A DNA stretch of 64,000 bases from the NCBI GenBank assembly GCA_046294075.1, contig JBKBJC010000004.1, positions 5,872 to 69,871 of the forward strand, in the 5' to 3' direction. A program made the position numbers and the translations under genes. The notes under the pieces were generated by a model, which was given only the letters and a program-made list of their open reading frames with translations, ran no database searches and was not told the origin of the DNA. How positions within the stretch are numbered: the stretch's first letter is position 1; the number at the start of each line of letters is the position of its first letter. Of the stretch, positions 58,889 through 64,000 are shown piece after piece. The DNA comes from Tabrizicola sp. (GTDB lineage Bacteria; Pseudomonadota; Alphaproteobacteria; Rhodobacterales; Rhodobacteraceae).

Positions 58889-60039
58889 CAGAAGGACACC
58901 CCCTGCCGCAGATAGGCCAGATCGCCGAAGGCAAAGCTGGTGGCGATCGCCTTGACCCGTCCGGCAAAACTGTTCGCCGCATCGCCCTGACCGCGGATCT
59001 CGAAATAGGTATCCTGCGTCGTGCGGATGCGCGCGCCCTGGATCGGCGCATAGATCGCCAGTGGCCCCGCCTCGCCCGGGACGGGACCGACGACCGAGAC
59101 CATGCCCTCGTCGAACCCGGCGCGGGTCTCCTCGGCCGAAACGCCGAAGGTGTCGCGGAACCAGATGTTCCAGGCGAGAGTCGCCTCCTGCATGGCCGCA
59201 TACTTGACTTCGGCCTCCTGGCGATAGGACTCGGGACCCGAGGTCAGCACCTCGAAGAAGCGGTGGCCGGGGTTCAGGGGATAGGCCGGTGCCAGCCCGC
59301 AGGCCGCCAGCACCTCGGCCGGCATGACCTCGACCGGGACCACCGGGTCCAGGTTGGCCACCCCCGCCTGATCGCCACCCAGAAGCACCACCCGCTCGAC
59401 CCGGGCGCCCTCGGCAAGGTGGATGTTCCAGATCTGGTTGCCGTGGAAGTTCAGCAAGACAAGATAGACCGGCCGCGCGGTTTCCGTGACCGCGACATCA
59501 TAGGCCTCGTATGCCAGTTCGCTCTGCGCCGAGACGGTGACACTGCCCGTCTGCCGATAGCCGTTGACGAAGATCTGCACCGCATCAGCCAGTTCCGCGT
59601 CACCATAGGTCAGAAGCGCCGTCTCGAGGCCGCTTTTGCCCGCCGTGACATGCCCGACCAGCGCCTCCGGCGTCGGCGGCGTCGGCCTGCAGCCCGAGAT
59701 CGGCCGGATCGTGGTGACCTCGGCCGGGATGTCCTTGGCGATCCGGGTCTTGTGGCCATTCAGCACATCCGCGATCAGGACCGGCCGGTTGCCGGCCAGG
59801 GCGGCGATCGGCCCCCTCGCCTCAAGCCCGTCGGGGCCGTCGCTCAGCAGGTCCTCGGGGCTGCCGCCCCGGGCACTGGCGGGATCACCGAAGGAGGACA
59901 GCATGGTCTGCCCTTCGAGGAAGGCCATGGCGGATTCGGGCAGATAGTCCTCGAAGGCGCGCGGGCCCAGCGAAACCAGCAGGAACATGACAAGCGCAAT
60001 GGACCCGACGATCAAAAGGCTGACCGGTCCGCGGATCAT
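58888..60039 (-). CDS. Hypothetical membrane-anchored periplasmic protein
   Basis: N-terminal TM; protein-like composition; beta-rich DVAVTETARPVYLVL...WNIH..EGARVERVVLLG segment. Confidence 0.72.
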   Translation of the reverse strand: MIRGPVSLLIVGSIALVMFLLVSLGPRAFEDYLPESAMAFLEGQTMLSSFGDPASARGGSPEDLLSDGPDGLEARGPIAALAGNRPVLIADVLNGHKTRIAKDIPAEVTTIRPISGCRPTPPTPEALVGHVTAGKSGLETALLTYGDAELADAVQIFVNGYRQTGSVTVSAQSELAYEAYDVAVTETARPVYLVLLNFHGNQIWNIHLAEGARVERVVLLGGDQAGVANLDPVVPVEVMPAEVLAACGLAPAYPLNPGHRFFEVLTSGPESYRQEAEVKYAAMQEATLAWNIWFRDTFGVSAEETRAGFDEGMVSVVGPVPGEAGPLAIYAPIQGARIRTTQDTYFEIRGQGDAANSFAGRVKAIATSFAFGDLAYLRQGVSF

Positions 60040-60158
60040 ACTGGCTGCTCCTGCACTGTCCTCTCGCGGCGCTTTTGCCCTGCGACTTTGGCCAAATCAT
60101 GACGCGGAGCGGCGGAATCCCTGCGAATCCCGCCGCTTGTCGGCCCATCCGCCGGGCG

Positions 60159-60854
60159 TCAGTCCGCGATGGCGAAGGTCACGGTCACCGTGGCGACCAG
60201 GCCCAGCTCGCCCCCTGCCACCGGCACCGGCGCGGCCGAGACCGCCTCGCGATACATCGGCGCGGGGTCGGTCATCGCGCCGCCATCGGCAATGGACAGG
60301 ACCCGCCCCAGGTTGACGCCGGCGGCCGCAGCCAGCAGTTCCGCCTTGGCGCGGGCATCGGCCACAGCCTCCTTGCGCGCTTCGCGATACGACGGCTCGG
60401 GGTCGGCCAGCCCGAAGGTCAGGCCGTTCAGCGTGTTCGCGCCATCGGCCACCGCCGCGTCCAGCACCGTGCCTGTCGTGTCCAGATTGCGCACCCGCAC
60501 CGTCAGCAGGTTCGCGGCGACATAGCCCGATATGCGGGGGCTGGAACTGTCATAGCCGGTCCAGTTCGGGTTGATCGACAGGTTCGAGGTCTGCATGTCC
60601 CGCGCCTCGATCCCCGAGGCAGTCAGCCGCGCGATCACCGCTTCGGTCGCCTTCGAGTTCTCGGCAAGCGCCACCGCCGCGGTGTCGCCCTGCGTGGTCA
60701 CGCCGATCATCAGCGTGGCCATGTCGGGTGCGGCCTCGACCGTGCCCGTCCCGGTCACGCTGATCGTGCGGGCCGGGCCGTCCTCGGCCATCGTGGGAGC
60801 GGCCAGCGGCAGGACGAGGGCTGCGGAAAGGACAAGGGCATTCAGGGCACGCAT
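60159..60854 (-). CDS. SIMPL (DUF541/BP26-like) periplasmic protein
   Basis: Signal peptide, ISVTGTGTVEAAPDMA and AVADARAKAE motifs; AAGGAG RBS. Confidence 0.9.
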   Translation of the reverse strand: MRALNALVLSAALVLPLAAPTMAEDGPARTISVTGTGTVEAAPDMATLMIGVTTQGDTAAVALAENSKATEAVIARLTASGIEARDMQTSNLSINPNWTGYDSSSPRISGYVAANLLTVRVRNLDTTGTVLDAAVADGANTLNGLTFGLADPEPSYREARKEAVADARAKAELLAAAAGVNLGRVLSIADGGAMTDPAPMYREAVSAAPVPVAGGELGLVATVTVTFAIAD

Positions 60855-61014
60855 CGAGGTCTCCTTCATCTTGCGCGACAATTCGTGACTGTGACGCGCG
60901 CCGCAACCCGATCCTTGGCCGTTTTCCTTCCCTTCGGCGAAAAGCTGCTTTACTAAGGCAGCAACCGGCTGGGGCACGTTCCAGCACCTCCAAGATCCGT
61001 GCTAGACCCGCGAC

Positions 61015-64000
61015 ATGAAACCGACATTTGCACTTGACCTGACGCGCGAGACCATCGGTCTTTTGCACCGCACCCCGAAGGGCTGGCTCTCGATCGGCGA
61101 GGTCGCCTTCGACGCCCCCGACCTGGCCGAAGCTCTGGACTACCTGCGCAAGACCGCGCTCGGCCTGTCGCCGATGGGTGTGGCCACCAAGCTGATCCTG
61201 CCGAACAGCCAGATCCTCTACACCGAGGTGCACGCGCCCGGCCCCAGCCGCGACGAGAAGCGCCGCCAGATCGCCGCCGCGCTGGAAGGTCGGACCCCCT
61301 ATCCGGTCGAGGATCTGGTCTTCGACTGGTCCGGCAAGGGCGCGACGGTCAAGGTGGCCGTGGTGGCAAAGGAAACCCTGGCCGAGGCCGAGGCTTTTGC
61401 CGTCGAACACCGGCTGAACCCGGTCTCCTTCGTGGCGATCCCCGAGGACGGCACCTTCGTGGGCGAGCCATGGTTCGGCCCGACCGAAGCCGCGGCGAGC
61501 CTTCTTGCCGAGGACGAGACCGTCGAACGCGACCGCGAACCTGTGTCGATCCTGCACCGGGAACTGCCGAAGGCAGTCCCGGTCGCCGAGGCCGAGAATG
61601 CGCCTCCCTCACCCGCGCCGCAGGCCGAGACGGTGACCGAGTCCGCCGCCGCCCCGGCGCCGCCATCGGCCCAGGAAGCGCCGGGGGAGGATGACGAACC
61701 CCTCCCGGGCCTCGAGGAGGCGCTGAACGCCAACCTGCCGGTTGCCGGGACCGCTTCCGTCGCGACGCCGCCGGAAACCTCGATGGCGGAGATCATCGAC
61801 GAAGCTGGGCCCGTAGCCGACCTGCCCCCCGCTCCTCGGGCAGCCGTCGCAACCGGACCCGGCATTGACCGGGTGTCCGCCATGGTCGCACCTGCGCCTT
61901 CGGCGACTGCCCGCAGCCCCGAACTGCAACCCGAGCCCGAGGAAGCGCCCTTCGCGCATGTCACCGACACCCAGGCCTTCCCCGAGGGCGACACCGAGCC
62001 GTCCGCGACCGCACCGGTCGGGACCAGGGCCGGCAAGGCGTCCGGTGCGACGGCGATTGCCGACACGGTCGAGGATGACATCCCGCCTGCGCCCCCGTCG
62101 GCCGCGATGGTCGCCTTCGCCAGCCGGCGCGCCGCGGCGGGCGAGGCTGCTGTCCGTCCGGTCGATGGTGTCACCCGCCCCGCAGTCGCGGCCAAGGCGG
62201 CGGCGGTCGCCCGGCCCGCAGCCGCGAAGGGCTATTCCGGCCTGGTCACCGCCCCGTCGATTCCCGGCACCCGCGCCAAGGTCAAGGTCAAGGGCGGCGA
62301 CATCCCGCGCCCCTCGCTTGGGCCGACCACGGTGAAATCGCCGGCCCGTCCCGGCGGCACCTTCGGTGCGGCGGTCCCGGCCAAGCGGCGCGGCGGGACC
62401 GTGTTCATGGTCATGGTCGGCCTCCTTCTGCTGTTCCTCGCGCTGGTCGCCGCCTGGGCCTCCTATTTCATGGGTTCGCGCGAGGCGGCCCGGCAGGCAG
62501 CCGTAACCGAGACCATTCCGGACGCCAGTGACGAGATGCTGGCCGACTTGCAGGACCCCGAAGGCCTGACCGAGCCGCTGCCCGAGGCCGGCAACCTCGC
62601 CCCCTCAGCCGGGCTTGACGCGCTCGCCACCGGGCGGCTGGCCGCAGATCTCGGCAAGGAAGCCGGGCCGGACGCGATCGGAACCGATATGCCGGTCGAC
62701 ACCGATGTGCCGGTCGACGTGACCGCCGTCTCGTCCGAGATCGTCGACCCAGAACCCGCGCCGGAACCCGCTGCCGAGGCCCTTGCCGCGGCGCCCGCCC
62801 AGCCTGCGGCCGGGCCCGAACCCGCACCCGATACCGCCCTGACCACCGAAGTCGCAGCTGCGTCCGCTCCGGTCGAGGACCAGGACGAGATATTCCTGTC
62901 GACGATGGATGCCCCTCCTCCCGCGCTGGACGCGCTTGCGCTTCCGCCGTTGGCCGATCTGCGCGACAGCCTGCCGGACCCGGTGATGCCGCCGCCGGCT
63001 CCGGGAACGGTCTACCAGTTTGATGCCGCCGGCCTGCTGAAGCCGACGCCCGAGGGCATCCTCAGTCCCGACGGCGTTTTCCTGATCGCGGGCAAGCCGC
63101 CGCTTCTGCCGCCGTCCCGCAGCGAGGTCGCCTCGGCCGCCGCTCAGGCGGCCGCCGCCATTTCGGTGCCCCCTGCGGAACCCGCCTCCGATCCTGCCAG
63201 TCCCGCCGATGCGTCGCTGGTGACCGCTGGCGAAACCGTCGCACCCGAGGTCTCGGCCCCGTCCGACCCCGAGATGGCCGGATTCCGCCCGCGCCCGCGC
63301 CCCGAAGGCCTGGCCCCGGCCGCTGCGGCCAAGGACGATGACGCCTCGCTTGGCACCGCAGCCGTCGTCCAGTTCGCGACCCTGCGTCCGCTGCCGCGGC
63401 CGGCAAACGTGACCACCGCTGCCGCTGCCGTCCTGCCGGCCAGCGCCTCGCCCGCCGATCTTGGCGCCCAGGGCGCCTCGCTGACCGCGCAGGCCGAGGC
63501 GAAACTGGCCGAGGCCGCCGCGCTCGAGGCGCGCAATCCCTCGATCGTCGCGATCTCGATGCGGCCCGCCGCCCGCCCGCAGGACATGAGCCGCGCAGTC
63601 GAGGCCGCCGTGGCCGCCGCCGTGCGCGAACCGGCACCCGCCGCGCCTAAGGAAGAGGTCGTCGCAGTTGCCGCCGCGACCCCTGCACCGGCGCCGGCAA
63701 AGCCCGAGGAGATCGACGAGCTTGACGAACCGGAGGTGGCGAAGGCCGCCCCCTCGATCCCGACCAAGGCCAGCGTGGCCAAGCAGGCGACCTTCGTGAA
63801 CGCGATCAACCTGTCGAAGATCAACCTGATCGGAACCTACGGCACCGACTCGCGCCGCTATGCGCTGATCCGGCAGTCGAACGGCAAGTACAAGAAGGTC
63901 ACGGTCGGCGACAAGATCGACGGCGGGACGATCAAGGCGATCACCGAGACCGAGGTGCGCTACCAGAAGGGTGGGCGCCTGATCAGCCTGAAGATGCCCA
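61015..64000 (+). CDS. Large bitopic protein (>995 aa, runs off the window): GspL/PilM-like N-terminus, low-complexity linkers, one TM, PilP/GspC-like C-terminus
   Basis: Manual translation from ATG 61015, open to the window end; MKPTFALDL...; TM near 62401-62470; ...INLIGTYG....YALIR..NG....V.VGD.IDGG.I.AI. Confidence 0.8.
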   Translation, partial: MKPTFALDLTRETIGLLHRTPKGWLSIGEVAFDAPDLAEALDYLRKTALGLSPMGVATKLILPNSQILYTEVHAPGPSRDEKRRQIAAALEGRTPYPVEDLVFDWSGKGATVKVAVVAKETLAEAEAFAVEHRLNPVSFVAIPEDGTFVGEPWFGPTEAAASLLAEDETVERDREPVSILHRELPKAVPVAEAENAPPSPAPQAETVTESAAAPAPPSAQEAPGEDDEPLPGLEEALNANLPVAGTASVATPPETSMAEIIDEAGPVADLPPAPRAAVATGPGIDRVSAMVAPAPSATARSPELQPEPEEAPFAHVTDTQAFPEGDTEPSATAPVGTRAGKASGATAIADTVEDDIPPAPPSAAMVAFASRRAAAGEAAVRPVDGVTRPAVAAKAAAVARPAAAKGYSGLVTAPSIPGTRAKVKVKGGDIPRPSLGPTTVKSPARPGGTFGAAVPAKRRGGTVFMVMVGLLLLFLALVAAWASYFMGSREAARQAAVTETIPDASDEMLADLQDPEGLTEPLPEAGNLAPSAGLDALATGRLAADLGKEAGPDAIGTDMPVDTDVPVDVTAVSSEIVDPEPAPEPAAEALAAAPAQPAAGPEPAPDTALTTEVAAASAPVEDQDEIFLSTMDAPPPALDALALPPLADLRDSLPDPVMPPPAPGTVYQFDAAGLLKPTPEGILSPDGVFLIAGKPPLLPPSRSEVASAAAQAAAAISVPPAEPASDPASPADASLVTAGETVAPEVSAPSDPEMAGFRPRPRPEGLAPAAAAKDDDASLGTAAVVQFATLRPLPRPANVTTAAAAVLPASASPADLGAQGASLTAQAEAKLAEAAALEARNPSIVAISMRPAARPQDMSRAVEAAVAAAVREPAPAAPKEEVVAVAAATPAPAPAKPEEIDELDEPEVAKAAPSIPTKASVAKQATFVNAINLSKINLIGTYGTDSRRYALIRQSNGKYKKVTVGDKIDGGTIKAITETEVRYQKGGRLISLKMP

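Noticed and set aside
1-64000. Prophage, IS, integron, defence system, tRNA or rRNA genes
   Set aside because: No integrase, transposase, nuclease or structural RNA signatures seen; composition looks uniformly host-like.

Overview
High-GC alphaproteobacterial chromosomal window. Gene content and order point to Rhodobacteraceae/Paracoccaceae (Rhodobacter/Tabrizicola-like; this assignment is inference). It is mostly core metabolism: sspB-pmtA-fumC; a sulfoquinovose monooxygenase locus (smoCBA, TRAP transporter, divergent smoD and a probable NAD+-dependent GH188 sulfoquinovosidase); a TetR-controlled MacAB-like ABC exporter; dctSR-dctPQM; the propionyl-CoA cluster (mcm, pccA, pccB, pccR); betI-betA with choXWV; topA-dprA; gabT; bioMNY with a convergent acyl-CoA ligase/thiolase pair; aroQ; metF/metR; phhAB; kefB/C-like; metY; SIMPL. 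I saw no rRNA, tRNA, CRISPR array, integrase or transposase. Features missed or unexplained by the ORF track: a candidate ~95-nt sRNA with its own promoter inside the pcc cluster; a >995-aa ORF that appears to join a GspL/PilM-like N-terminus to a PilP/GspC-like C-terminus; a G/C palindromic repeat inserted in frame twice in one enzyme; a second AT-rich tandem palindrome family; a microhomology deletion scar fusing LysE and Lrp remnants; an in-frame TGA where a Cys is expected; an ATT-start candidate; several small genes; and candidate FnrL, CtrA, PccR, BetI and MetR sites. Family assignments come from motif recognition by eye and from memory; no database search was run.
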